Source: Chrysomallon squamiferum (taxonomy: Eukaryota; Animalia; Mollusca). Taken from it: DNA of 64,000 nucleotides. The stretch is taken from contig CM022665.1 in assembly GCA_012295275.1 (NCBI GenBank), forward strand, positions 38,440,001 to 38,504,000. Direction: 5' to 3'. Position numbers and translations under genes: made by a program. Positions 43,861 to 56,271 of the stretch are shown piece by piece (within the stretch, counting starts at the first letter, position 1; each line of letters opens with the position of its first letter). The notes beneath the pieces were generated by a model, which was not told the DNA's origin, did no database searches, and saw nothing but the letters and a program-made list of their open reading frames with translations.

Positions 43861-45442
43861 TATCAGGCATTAAATTGGTTCTGTTGACAAAACAGGGGAA
43901 AATAAAACCAACAGATTGCCTGGTTTCGTAACCGTCTGCTCCCTGGGGCAGATAGGAGCAAAATAAAAATTCTTTAGAGACGTTTCGAAGGACAGCTAAC
44001 GTCAGGCTCGATTAGCACTTGACGCTAGCAGAACTTCCATGGTTAACGTAACAGTGGCCCGCGGACATAATTTATTGTAATTTTTAATAACGAACACAAT
44101 ACGCGAACGGAAAATGTTATAGAATTATCCGTCACTGCGACATGGAATGACAAAATTCCACTGACATGTAGACGAGCTCCAGATCAAAAGATAACAGAAA
44201 GAACACAAACAAAAACAACTTCTGAAGGACCATTATAACCACAGCGCCACCAAAGGTCATCTAGAATAGCAGTTGTGAACAGTGCAGACTTTTGGCAATT
44301 TTTAATTTTCTTAAACTAAACAGGCATAATGACAAATATCGTGTTTTTGTTAAGAATTGAAATTTTAATGAGTATTTACAAAGTATTGTACATCCATACC
44401 TAAATATAATCTATTTTCTGGTGTTTTTATTTTACTATCACTACCATTGCTACTATATATCAACGTATTATTATATCTCTTACCCAAAATCCTCGAGAAG
44501 AAATCGTAGTCTTTTGATTTCATTTAAAAAGAAATTATTCAGTATAGAAGTGTGCATATGTATTTATGTATGTATGTGTGAATATATGTGTGCATGTGTG
44601 TATGTGTGTGTATTTTTGTATGTATGCATATAAATATGAATTTATGCATGTATATATGTGTGTGTGTGTATATATGTATATATATATATAAATTATAACA
44701 AACATTTATCATTTACATCAGTGTAACTTTATCTAAAATTCGGTCAGACGTTCGCTGCTTTGCCCAGTAAATAACGCACATGACGCCGACAAAGGTAAAG
44801 CAAAAGAGACAAGTATATCCAAAAAAATAAATAAAATAAATTCAAATCTGACGCAAACCGACATCTTCCATTGTAACTCATCTTGACACTCTGTTTACAG
44901 TTGTCTTTTCCATATACATGCAAATGAAAACCAGCCCTGCGAGTGAAAAGACTGTAGGCGAAAAAATAGAATTATATAAATATGGGAAGCCTTTTAAAAT
45001 AGTTGACACTTGGTTACAAAGACGTCGCGGAAAAGACCCGCGCGTGCTGATGATGAATATGGCGGCCAAAGTTACCCGTATGTGACACCCGCCATATACT
45101 TCTGTATCTTATGACTTTAACTCTGAGAGACTTGAAATCTTGCGCTCGGATCTAACAGGAGAAAAGTCAACACAGGAATGCGAAGTGTTCTCGAGAAGAC
45201 AAATAAATTACTGCTAGTGATTTATATTTTTGTATGTCATAAAGTTTCAGTGTCTTGTGATAGTAACCCAGATATTGTCGGGTCATGGCTGGAGTCTGTA
45301 CTTTGTGTATTAGTAGTTTTATATGTCCTGATGAAGCGCTGTGGAGTATAGAGTATCATTCGTAAATCAGTGCAGTTTTGATATGTATATGTTCGTGTGT
45401 GTGTGCAGTTTTATATTTGTGCGAGTCTGTCTATTTGCATGT

Positions 45443-45443
45443 A

Positions 45444-45506
<63 letters not shown>

Positions 45507-45533
45507 ATCTATCTATCAATATCTATATCTATG

Positions 45534-45602
<69 letters not shown>

Positions 45603-45612
45603 ATATAGATAT
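45443..45612 (+). repeat. (TATC)n microsatellite
   Basis: Directly visible. Confidence 0.97.
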
Positions 45613-46584
45613 ATAAAAAATAGAGAAAAGGAAAACGACCTCAAACCCACAAATTGAACGAATATATATATATAGCAAAAGGCAGATAAAGATTTAGACA
45701 GAAATGTAAAAGATAATGAAAAAAAAAAAAAAAAAAAAAAAAATAGAATAGAGAGTAAGACAGGGTAGACAGAAAAACGGTTGAATACATAAACTGAAAC
45801 AGACAGACAGATGTAGAGACACAAAGAGAAAAAAAAAAAAAAAAAAATGAGAATAAAGAGATTACTTCAACAATAATTTTATTTATAAAAAAAAATTAAT
45901 CTCAATCCGTAGTTTTTATATTCTCAAATCACAAAAAAAAAAAAAAAAAAAAAGAGGGAGAGAGAAAAAAAAAAAAAAAAAAAAAAAAAGGAAAAAAAGT
46001 ATTTAGCTATCAGACCACCTAACAGCTAGAGGCTACTTCATCTGCTGTTAATATCAAAGCAAACTGGAATCAGAGAAAAACAACGAAAAACGTACTAATT
46101 TCCTATTCGCTTTGAAAAGTGAACGAACGGGTTCTTTCAGCCTTCTGTGATGAAGAAACAGAGAGGGGAGTGCACCTTTAAGACTGTCTGATAATTAATT
46201 AACGTCTCTGTGAAATCTGGAATGCATGATGTAACAAAAACTGTGTCGCTGGTCCCCGCTCCAGGCACTTCGTAACGTCCGTGCCTTGAGGAATGATAAA
46301 AAAACAAAAGTAAATAAGAAATGTTTTACAAGAGTGATAAAATCTGTATTAATTCATTGCACTTCGTAACTTCTTGGATACTCAGTAACATTTGCAAATG
46401 TAAGGAGGGGTGGAAGTAAACGGAACAAAAAGCTGAGTCGATCAACTGAAATATTTTTATTTTTTTTTTTTTTTTTTTTTTTAGTGGAGGGCAAACGTCA
46501 GAGTCTGAAAATTCAAATGCAGATCCAAAAAAAATTTTTTAAAAAATTTAAAAATGCACCCGATGTCCTTTGTTTAATTTTAAA

Positions 46585-46610
46585 TCTATCTGTCTATCTA
46601 TCTATCTATC

Positions 46611-46652
<42 letters not shown>

Positions 46653-47099
46653 GTCTATCTATCTGTCTATCTATCTATCTATCTGTCTGTCTATCTATCT
46701 GTCTATCTATCTATCCATTCATCTGTCTATTTGTCTGTTTGTATATCTATCTATATCTGTGTATGTTTGTATGTATGTATGTATGTATGTATGTATGTGC
46801 ATGTATATGTTTGTGTGTGTGTGTGTGTGTATGTGTAATATATGTGTGTGTGTGTGGGTATATGTATGTGTGCATATGTTTGTGTGTCTGTCTGTATGTA
46901 TGTATGTATGTATGTATGTATGTGCATGTATATGTTTGTGTGTGTGTATATATGTGTATGTGTGTGTCTGTGTATGTATGTGTATATATGTGTGTGTGTG
47001 GTGTATATGTATGTGTGCATATGTTTGTGTGTGTGTATGTGTATATATGTGTATATATGTGTGTGTACGTATGTGTATATATGTGTGTGTGTGTGTATA
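46585..47099 (+). repeat. Compound (TATC/TGTC)n then (TATG/TG)n microsatellite
   Basis: Directly visible; source of the ~200 aa LSIY/CVCV ORFs. Confidence 0.96.
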
Positions 47100-47115
47100 C
47101 TTTTTTGGGGCGGTA

Positions 47116-47225
47116 GGAAATTCGCTACCATTAATCCATTACCTATTCTTACAGGTTATTAGCTAGGGATCTTTCACATGCATCCTCCCATAAACAGAAA
47201 GCAGATACACAGTCACTGGTAAACA
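47116..47225 (-). mobile_element. Diverged SINE-like internal fragment
   Basis: GGAAATTCGCTAC...TTAGCTAGGGATCTTTCACATGCA..TCCCATAAACAGAAAGCAGATAC; colinear with ~24875-24985. Confidence 0.55.
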
Positions 47226-47803
47226 GACGTCAAACAATAGGGAGACATAATTAATCGTGATAGGCAGGTTAACACATACCGTCCCTTCTATACATCAACA
47301 GTAAAGTAATATGCAGATAAAAATTCAATTTCAAAGACACCAGAACAGATGCCATTAATTTTATAAATCCACTGACAACTATTAAAGAGGATAAAGATTA
47401 ATTTCTAGAAAGAAATGGCGTATTTACTGGATTAACTCTTTGCTTGTTTCTTCCTTTCTTCAGCAGAAGTAACTTTTTTTTTTTTTTTTTTTAAAACAGA
47501 TAAAAGAATATCGTTTTTAGTTTTGCATGTATGAAACAATGTCTCTTTTGTCTGGATTATAATAGATGTTTGTTTTGTTTTGATTTTTTTTTTTAAGAAG
47601 ATCAGTTAGTACAACTTTCATGTCAGTGCACACATACGACGCTTTGATATTCTGGTCTTAAAAGAAAGGGTGATATGTAAAAAAAACCCCAGAAAACTGT
47701 ATCCTCTGTTTAAAACATTAACAAGACAATGGAAACCATAAAAAAAACATTAACCACCCACTGTCTTGAAGTATTGTATTATTTGCTTGTAAATACAGGT
47801 AAT

Positions 47804-47866
<63 letters not shown>

Positions 47867-49890
47867 CCCCACATCCACACATATACACACACAATAAAAA
47901 TAAAATACAATAGAATAATAATAAAAAAAAATAAAAAAATAATAATAATAAAAAAAAATAAAGTCCTCTCCGTTTTCATTTAAACTTCTGCAGTATGACC
48001 CAGGTTCAGAGCCTGACAAAAACGCTGGTGTATCAGCGGAATATGTAAACAAGACTTAAGTGTAGAATCATTGCATCTCTTCTGTTCCGACAGGGAAGAG
48101 AGCCACGAAAGAGACGATCATTTTCATTTCTTTATAATGTTAATTTGAATTCTTTCTGAAGGTATACAACAGTACTGGAAATCCATAACATTTCGCACAA
48201 GTCTTAATGTCAGTGCATGATATCGTCATTGTTAATCGGTGACAAATTATTCAGATATTATTTCAGGTGTGGGGGTGGGGGAGTGGGTTTAAAAATAAAA
48301 ACCTGTTTTCATTAATTTTTGACTCGTATAAAATCTGACGCGTTGTCACAGCCAGTTTCAAGCAGCCGATTCGTGGATTGGATCCCAGTTTCTCTCTCAG
48401 CCTTGAAAATCTGCATTACCACAATGTTAACTATCATAAATTAGAAATACAATAGGAAATAAGAAAAGAAAATATTTTCTATAATTCTTTTTTTTTTTCA
48501 TGCTTCTGTTTTGTTACTTCTTAACGTTTCATGATTTGAAAAAAAAAAAAAAAAAACCAGATGAATAACTGAAAAAAAGAAGAAAAAAAAAAAAAAAAAA
48601 AAAGAAAAAAAAAAGTACTATACAGGAAATCATTAAGAAGGATGTCTTCCCACCATCATGCGTTCGTTAACAAGTATTAAAATACTCAGACACGTTTACT
48701 GCGCTTTAAATAAATAACCGGTTGTATGGAGGCGGTTTATGGAACGTGGCCCAGAATATATATCAACTGTCGCTAAATAATTTGGCAGCGTCCGTGATTT
48801 GTTTAAGGTTTCAGTGCAGCAAATTAGTTCCCTTTGGTGTTTAGGCTTGCAACTGTCCCTCAGTGTTTGTCTTTAGTGATACAGAATCAAAGCATCCGTG
48901 CTTGTTGGTTTTTTGGGGTGTTTTTTTATAGATATTTTATTGTAATTTATCGTCTTACAAAACAAACACGTATATAAAAATAAATAACAAACAAGTAAGT
49001 AAAGTAAGTAAGTAAGTATGTATGTATGTATGTAAATATATAAATAAATAAGTCAAGTAAGTTAGTAAATAAATAAATAAATAGACTGTACTGATCTAAA
49101 CAGGAATATGGAAAATAGGATTTCTTTGTAAACCAGTAGTTTCAATGTCCCATTCAGCTACCATTAATCTGTAATGAATAAAACTCTGCTTAAACCAAAT
49201 TATGTATTCTGGTTTTAGGATTTAAGTTATGAAACGATAACAACAATAACAACAACAACAACAACAACAGCAACAAAAATAAAGAAACCCCTCCCAAAAA
49301 ACCCACCAAAAGCCCCCAAAAACCCGATGACCCAAAACCAAACGATAAATGTTTTACTTAGAAACAATAATTTATGCTCTGTCTTAAAAGAAATTACATT
49401 TGTGTGTTTTAAATAATGATCTGACGTCGAGCGGTGTAAAATAACGTTGACTCTTTGAAGGCTTAACAAACTGCGTAACGCTTGTATGGACTTAAATCAA
49501 TTGGATTATCGTCTACATAAACGAGGATTATGGAATCTTCTGTGAAAAATGTAGGATCTGAATAAAATTTAATACATTATGGCGCCTGCGTTTTGCACGG
49601 TCTTACCGAATTACAAAAGCACATTACGTAGACCACATGTTTATTTCAAAAAACGAATATGACGACATTAATATGCTGAAACAAAAGGAATACGATCCTT
49701 TTTCAAGAATTTGACGTTGTATTTTGCGCAGGTTTATAACATTTCTCGATCGTGTACACCATTGTTAACTGCGCACGTGACTAATCTTTGCCATTTTTAT
49801 ATCAAGGTGTCTGATTTCCCTGGAAGGAAGTCTACGATTATCTTCACCACTATAATTTATAGTAACTCAGTATTATAATTGTGCTATTTT

Positions 49891-50375
49891 ACGACTTCTA
49901 CTACTACTTCCATGACGACGACTACTACTGCTACGACTTCTACTACTTCCATGACGACGACTACTACTGCTACGACTTCTACTACTTCCATGACGACGAC
50001 TACTACTGCTATGACTTCTACTACTTCCATGACGACGACTACTACTGTTACGACTTCTACTACTTCCATGACGACGACTACTACTGCTATGACTTCTACT
50101 ACTTCCATGACGACGACTATTACTGTTATTACTTCTACTACTTCCATGACGACAACTACTTCTGCTATGACTTCTACTACTTCCATGACGACGACTACTA
50201 CTGTTACGACTTCTACTACTTCCATGACGACGACTACTACTGCTATGACTTCTACTACTTCCATGACGACGACTATTACTGTTATTACTTCTACTACTTC
50301 CATGACGACAACTACTTCTGCTATGACTTCCAATACTTCCATGACAACGACTATTACTGTTATAACTACTATACT
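49891..50375 (+). repeat. 39-bp minisatellite, 12 copies, with a 156-bp higher-order repeat
   Basis: CATGAC recurs exactly every 39 bp from 49911 to 50340; approximate unit ACTTCTACTACTTCCATGACGACGACTACTACTGCTATG. Confidence 0.97.
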
Positions 50376-50384
50376 TACATCTAT

Positions 50385-50447
<63 letters not shown>

Positions 50448-50790
50448 CATTACTACATCTACTATTACTGCTACAACTATTTGTTTAAGGATTCACCTAA
50501 ATTTATTTTACTACTACTACTACGACCACTACCACCACCACTACTATACTATTACTACTAGTACACCCACAGCTACTATTACTACTATTACTACTACTCC
50601 TACTACTACAACACTACTACGTTTACTACTATTAGTACGTCTGCTACTACTATTACTAATCTTACAACTGTTACTAATATTACAATAATAACCACAGTAG
50701 TTACTGCTACTGCTACTGTTACAACTTTTACTAACATTGCAATGACAACTGCTGCTAGAAAAACAGTAGCAACAACTACCACTGCGATGA
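50376..50790 (+). repeat. (ACT)n pure and degenerate tract adjoining the minisatellite
   Basis: Directly visible. Confidence 0.93.
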
Positions 50791-51159
50791 TTAAGGCTGT
50801 TAACACCAGCGATCCTAATTTAGAACATTTTAAAAAATTTATTACTGATTTCTGTTCTCAGTTTACCTTGAACAGACAACTCAAGTGTTATTTTGGTTAT
50901 GTGCAAGTAACAACAACCACCATAACTACAGCAACCATAATAAAAAAGTTAAAAATAACAAAGAAGGAAGTACATGCTGTATTAAATTTTATGTAAATAT
51001 CATTTTAAACATATATATAGAAAGAGGTTTCATTATTCAGTAATTCAAATACACGAGTATTATATTTTTTAAACAACAGTCTTCTTTTTAACAAGCGTTT
51101 CGCTGTTTTTTAAGACTTATTTCTGAGTGGTGTAGTTTTAAAACTTTTTTTTATATAAA

Positions 51160-51192
<33 letters not shown>

Positions 51193-51491
51193 TAAAAAAA
51201 AAAAATTATAATTTTTTTTTTTTTTACATATCCATTTCATTCTGGCAATATCGTTTTAACAATAAATCAAACTGTATTTATTTTATATTCTTTATATAAA
51301 TCAGCTTCAAGGTTATCTTCTTTTACCTCTGCAGGTTTAGAGTCACAAATTCAGTGATGGACTATTTCCATGTTAATGGTAAAAGAGAAAACACCTTCTG
51401 TTTACACTCCGATGTTGCATTTATGTATTAATACAAAGAAATGAATGAATGTTTGTTTAAAGATATACCTAAAATCATTTTCTTATTAGAT

Positions 51492-51522
51492 ATTATTATT
51501 ATTATTATTATTGTTATTGTTA

Positions 51523-51602
<80 letters not shown>

Positions 51603-51608
51603 GTTGTT
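51492..51608 (+). repeat. (ATT)n microsatellite
   Basis: Directly visible. Confidence 0.97.
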
Positions 51609-51707
51609 GGCTAGTTTAATTGATTAACAGAATATATATTTTTATATGAAATTTCCTACACAAGGCAGCACATACCTCGGGTTGGAACAACTAAATAGCA
51701 CAACTGG

Positions 51708-51836
51708 GGAAAAAAAAAAAAAAAAAAAAACTAAGAGGAAAAGAAAAGAAACACCCTCCCCCCATAAAAAACACGACAAATAAACAAACAAAACAAAAAA
51801 CACCCTAAAAAAAAAAAAAAAAAAAAAGCAACAACA

Positions 51837-51923
<87 letters not shown>

Positions 51924-52490
51924 CAAAGAAAGAAAGAAACAAACACACAACACTGAAAAAACAACAAAAACAAAACAAACAAAACAAACGAAGAATAAAA
52001 AACAATAAACAATCGTCAAACAGTAATGTGGCAGAATTATCATCCTTGATCTGTGCTTGCAGACAACAAACACAATTTTGGAAATACAGACAGTTCTATT
52101 ATAAATATATTTTTCAATTATAATATATTTTTGACTGTTTAAAAAGTTTATAAAAAATAACAAGAAGTTCAGTTTTAGAAAGAAATATGGCTGAACTTGT
52201 TTAATTTTTTCAAAAGTTTCTTCAATAAGGAATAACAGTAACAACAACAACAACAACAACAATAACGACAACAACAATAATAATAACAATAACAATAACG
52301 ATGATGATGATAATAATAATAATAAAGATGATGATGATAATGATAATAATGGTGATGATGAAGATAATAATGATAATAATGATGATGATGAAGATAATGA
52401 TGATGATACTGGTGTGATGATGATGATGATGATGATAATAATATTGATAATATCCTCCTCATCATCATTTTCATTATCATCACTTAACAA
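51708..52490 (+). repeat. Poly(A)/AAC-rich and (AAC/AAT/GAT)n low-complexity block
   Basis: Directly visible; source of the 282-aa minus-strand ORF. Confidence 0.9.
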
Positions 52491-53012
52491 AAGCTGATAA
52501 AATAAAATGATTTAATCAACATTGGATTTAGGTCGGAAGCTGTACAGTGTTTGCGAGGAATGTAACAGTTGCTTGTATTTAGAATAATTCGTTCATCTTT
52601 CACATGCAGCTCAGTTCACTGGGATGTTCGAGAAATATGTCAGCAAGTCACATCGTTGATAGTTGGAAAAAGTAAGTTAAATAAGTAGTATGTAACTGAA
52701 TGCTCCAGTGACTCCAGACGTAATAAAAAAAAAGCCAGACGACAGGCGAAATTAAAACATAATAACTGAAAATAAAATAAAACCGAAACCACACCAATAC
52801 AAAAAACAAAAAAAAAAAAAAAAAAACAATAAAGAACCAAAAAAACCCCAACACACACACAAAAAAAAAAAACCCAACCACATCAACAAATGATATCAAT
52901 GGAAAAAAACAAAACAAACAAACAACAAAACAATAATTAAAGAAAAACTAAAAAAATATAGAAAAAAGTAAAAATAAATAATATCTAATTGAAAAGAATG
53001 AAATCAAAACGA

Positions 53013-53044
<32 letters not shown>

Positions 53045-53182
53045 AATGAAACAAGAAGAAATGAAAGGGAAGTTTTAATTAAAAAAAAAAAAAAAAAAAA
53101 ACAACAAATAACTATGCTTCCCGATTATAACGAATATTTACACATAAATAAATAAATAATAAATAAATAAATAGATAAATAA

Positions 53183-53214
<32 letters not shown>

Positions 53215-53913
53215 ATACATAATAATAAAAAAAAAAAACCACTGTGGGCGCCGAGAGACCTTTGACGTAACACAATTCAGCTGTATTGAATTGCGTGCAA
53301 AGTAACAGACACTTTAAAAACAGAAAGAAACTCACAATAGTACAGCTTATAAAGACATGAACAGATAAATCTCGTGATTTCTCGTTTGTATGTTAACTGT
53401 ATATATTGGACTCGCGAGCACCAGAGAGACAAAACTACTTGTGAGGTTGGCGTATTCCACAAAACACGTCATATTTTTTTATTTTTTTTTAAAAAGAAGG
53501 TCGACAAGTTATCTACGGCGATGATCGTTCTGGCGAAAACAAGGTCTTTTTACAAGCGATAAACACAGCGAAACAACGACAACTCGTTTGACAGCAGCTC
53601 AGTAAATCGCATTCCTAAAAGGGCCGGAGTTGGTGTCGCCAGAGCCTTCGATCTGTTGCTGATATCGTCTGTTTGTTTAGTGTAAATTTATGTCGTCGTC
53701 TTACAACAACAACAAACACCAACAACCCCTCAACTTACAAAACAATGTAGGGCGTTTTCACATATTGCTAAGCCTGTAATTACATATTATTACTTCTATT
53801 AAATGGATGCCTAATGTTGTTACCATGATAGCGTTACTGCCTTGTTAATCAGTCAGATATGTGGCTAAAGAAAGAGAGATTGATAGACTGATAGATACAT
53901 AAATAGATAGATC

Positions 53914-53915
<2 letters not shown>

Positions 53916-53991
<76 letters not shown>
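53916..53991 (+). repeat. (GA)n microsatellite ~0.5 kb upstream of the TATA box
   Basis: Directly visible. Confidence 0.96.
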
Positions 53992-53993
<2 letters not shown>

Positions 53994-54440
53994 AGAAGAA
54001 GAAAAGAAGAATAAGAATAGCCCCCCCTTCCAAAAAAAAAAAAAGGGATTAAGAATTGCTGTTTATAACTTGCGAAGTTAAACAAATCGTGCCCATCAAA
54101 TAAAACGCCAGTGACTTTGATTTAATACGTGTAGTACAAAACAAACTCGCTAGCGCTCTAAACAACAGAACGTCTTCTGTAGCTGGTTACCCGCAGTGCG
54201 ACTGTCGGCGATTTAATAAAACATTCAGTCGCTATGAATGGAGCTTTGCGACCGTACGAAACCTGCTCCTAACGGAGGACGTTTTATCTGCCGTGCCGAA
54301 TTCTTGCGCGTACGTCCAACACGCTCGGTGGACTGAAAGCTACTGATCACTTCTCGCAAGACATTTCATTCATGGCTGTCCTATTTCAGTACGGGCAGTA
54401 GGCGGTGAATGAACGCCGTGTCACTAGCCATTGTATAATT

Positions 54441-54536
54441 TGATTGGGTGCTCATGTTTTAACAAAAAGAAGCCCCTGTGGTATTCCTCCAATAAAAGAT
54501 CGTATAAATCTTGCAAGACGGTGTAGAAATAGTTTT
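54441..54536 (+). promoter_or_regulatory. Putative core promoter of the delilah-like gene
   Basis: Reverse CCAAT (ATTGG 54443-54447), CCAAT 54489-54493, TATAAAT 54503-54509 and Inr-like (A)TAGTT around 54529-54535, about 28 nt after the TATA start. It lies in a CpG-rich stretch ~135-220 bp upstream of the ATG. Confidence 0.55.
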
Positions 54537-54665
54537 GCGCTCTGTTGACAGTGCGAAAAGGATGAACCTAAGTTTTCTTTAGTGTTTAGGAAAGGGCGAG
54601 TGTTTGCTGAAGTACTGTGTATGAATGTGTTGAAAATCTAAAAAACATTTCTTTTTTTTATTAAC

Positions 54666-55364
54666 ATGGAAGAGAACGGGGATGCGACAGCGTCTGAAAT
54701 TCAGACGACACTTTTTCCTATCCCTGACTTACAGTGTGGAGGATCGAACACCAATTCCAGTTCGACAGAAGACAAGAAACAGAGCAGTGACGACAACAAC
54801 AACAACAACGACAGCAACAGCAACAGCAACAACGAAGACGACAACGAATCTCTGAAAACAACGAAAGTGGAAAAATACAACTTGAGACGGATAACTGTTG
54901 TCAACCGAATAGAGACAGAAAAAAAGTTGGCGCAGCCAAAACAACCGAAAGTAAAAGCGAAACCACCTCCTCTCAGCAAATATCGAAGACGAGCGGCTAA
55001 CGCAAGAGAGAGGAATCGCATGCAGGAGATTAACTTGGCGTTCGAGGCTCTGAGGAACGCGGTGCCCAGTATTGACTCTGAAGTGCCAGTGTGTACGCAG
55101 CCGAAAAACTCGACGAGTAACATGACAAAAATCACAACACTCCGACTCGCCATGAACTACATTCGAGCTCTGCGTCAGATTCTTGGACAGGAGGACGACC
55201 TGGGATCCGACGCCTCTTCCACGAGGAGTACCAGCATCTCGTCCGGGGACGAGTCGTGTTTGAGTCCCTCCGACGTCGACTTCAACCCCTCGGATTTCAC
55301 TTCGGAAGGACTGTTACCGCTGGAAGCAGACGACATTCACTTATTTCCACATATTATTTCATAG
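54666..55364 (+). CDS. dei: Delilah/Taxi-family bHLH transcription factor (atonal superfamily), single coding exon, 232 aa
   Basis: ATG at 54666 with an in-frame upstream TAA at 54639-54641; TAG at 55362-55364. The bHLH reads KPPPLSKYRRRAANARERNRMQEINLAFEALRNAVP...MTKITTLRLAMNYIRALRQIL. The PLSKYRR-ANARER basic region, TKITTLRLAM helix 2, long loop and upstream EKYNLR motif match my knowledge of Drosophila Delilah/Taxi. The C-terminus is acidic and Ser-rich. The sequence is GC-richer than its flanks. Confidence 0.93.
   Translation: MEENGDATASEIQTTLFPIPDLQCGGSNTNSSSTEDKKQSSDDNNNNNDSNSNSNNEDDNESLKTTKVEKYNLRRITVVNRIETEKKLAQPKQPKVKAKPPPLSKYRRRAANARERNRMQEINLAFEALRNAVPSIDSEVPVCTQPKNSTSNMTKITTLRLAMNYIRALRQILGQEDDLGSDASSTRSTSISSGDESCLSPSDVDFNPSDFTSEGLLPLEADDIHLFPHIIS
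54978..55184 (+). other. bHLH domain coding region of the delilah-like gene
   Basis: Encodes KYRRRAANARERNRM through YIRALRQIL, including the ERxR E-box-contacting motif. Confidence 0.92.
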
Positions 55365-55579
55365 CAGGTTTGTTTTGTTCATTTTTTCTTTTCATTTTTG
55401 AGACCAGTTCAGTAGTGCTATGGTACTGAAACAGTGAAACATGCCTGCCTCGTTAAAACAAACAAAAATCTAATTCCAGGATAAAAATTAAAAAACACAC
55501 AAAAAACATCTTGTTCTAAGAGTTCAAGACATGGATATTTTTTGCGAAATATAGTATTTAGCTGCAGTCTTCTAATGAA

Positions 55580-55585
55580 AATAAA
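55580..55585 (+). terminator. Candidate proximal poly(A) signal AATAAA of the delilah-like gene
   Basis: First AATAAA I found after the stop. An alternative distal CATAAA at 56211-56216 is followed by a U/GU-rich tract. Confidence 0.3.
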
Positions 55586-56271
55586 ACAGAAGAAGTAGCA
55601 ATGTTTTGTTGAAGGAAGTAAATAATTACGTTACACTTAAAACTCGTGATGTTCTTTCGCAGTTCACTGAGCTGGAACAGGATAATGTTTAAGCTGTTTC
55701 TGCAAGGAGGTGTAAAAAGGCGCCATGAAAAGAGCGCATGAAGACTAGAAATTCCAGCGCAGACTGAAAACAAATGTTTATGCATGTCGTTGGCCATAAA
55801 CCTAGATGAAGTGAGATAACTATCTACTTTCAATGCCAGAGAATGTGGTGAGAAAACAAAAAAAAAACTGACGTTTCTTTCTTTACGAAAGATAATTTAT
55901 TCTTTACAAGAAATTCAGGGAGTCATCATTTCATTGCCATTGTTTTGTTAATATATCGGCCCCATGATCATATTTTTGTGTGACTTTGTAAAATGCGCAA
56001 CAGACTCATCCACAAGACTTGTCATGTCGATGGGAAAGCAGAATCGTAATTGCTTCCTAAACGTACACCCATGATTTAACTAATTTGGACCTTGTAAAAT
56101 CCTTAATGATTGAAAAATGGTTTTGTTTTAAAAATCAGTTTGTATATATTTTCTGAGATATTTCAGATAAAGTTGTTCTTTTTTTTTTTTTTTTTTTAAT
56201 ATCCAAACATCATAAAGTGCAGTAATTTATTATTTACTTTTCATTATTTTATTTGTTTATGTGTTATAATC

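Noticed and set aside
46484-47166. ~200-aa LSIY/CVCV ORFs
   Set aside because: Translations of (TATC)n and (TG)n repeats.
49879-50688. 269-aa mucin-like ORF as a gene
   Set aside because: TTG start, no signal peptide or splice context, and ACT-derived repeats are inherently stop-free. Kept only as a repeat finding.
51642-52490. 282-aa hydrophobic minus-strand ORF
   Set aside because: Built from poly(T), (TTG)n and (TCA)n tracts that lack stops; no homology evident.
53916-53991. (GA)n near the promoter as a GAGA-factor/PRE element
   Set aside because: GA/CT tracts are abundant throughout the window, so proximity is uninformative.
54701-55153. 150-aa minus-strand ORF overlapping the bHLH gene
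   Set aside because: Antisense shadow of a real CDS; no recognisable domain.
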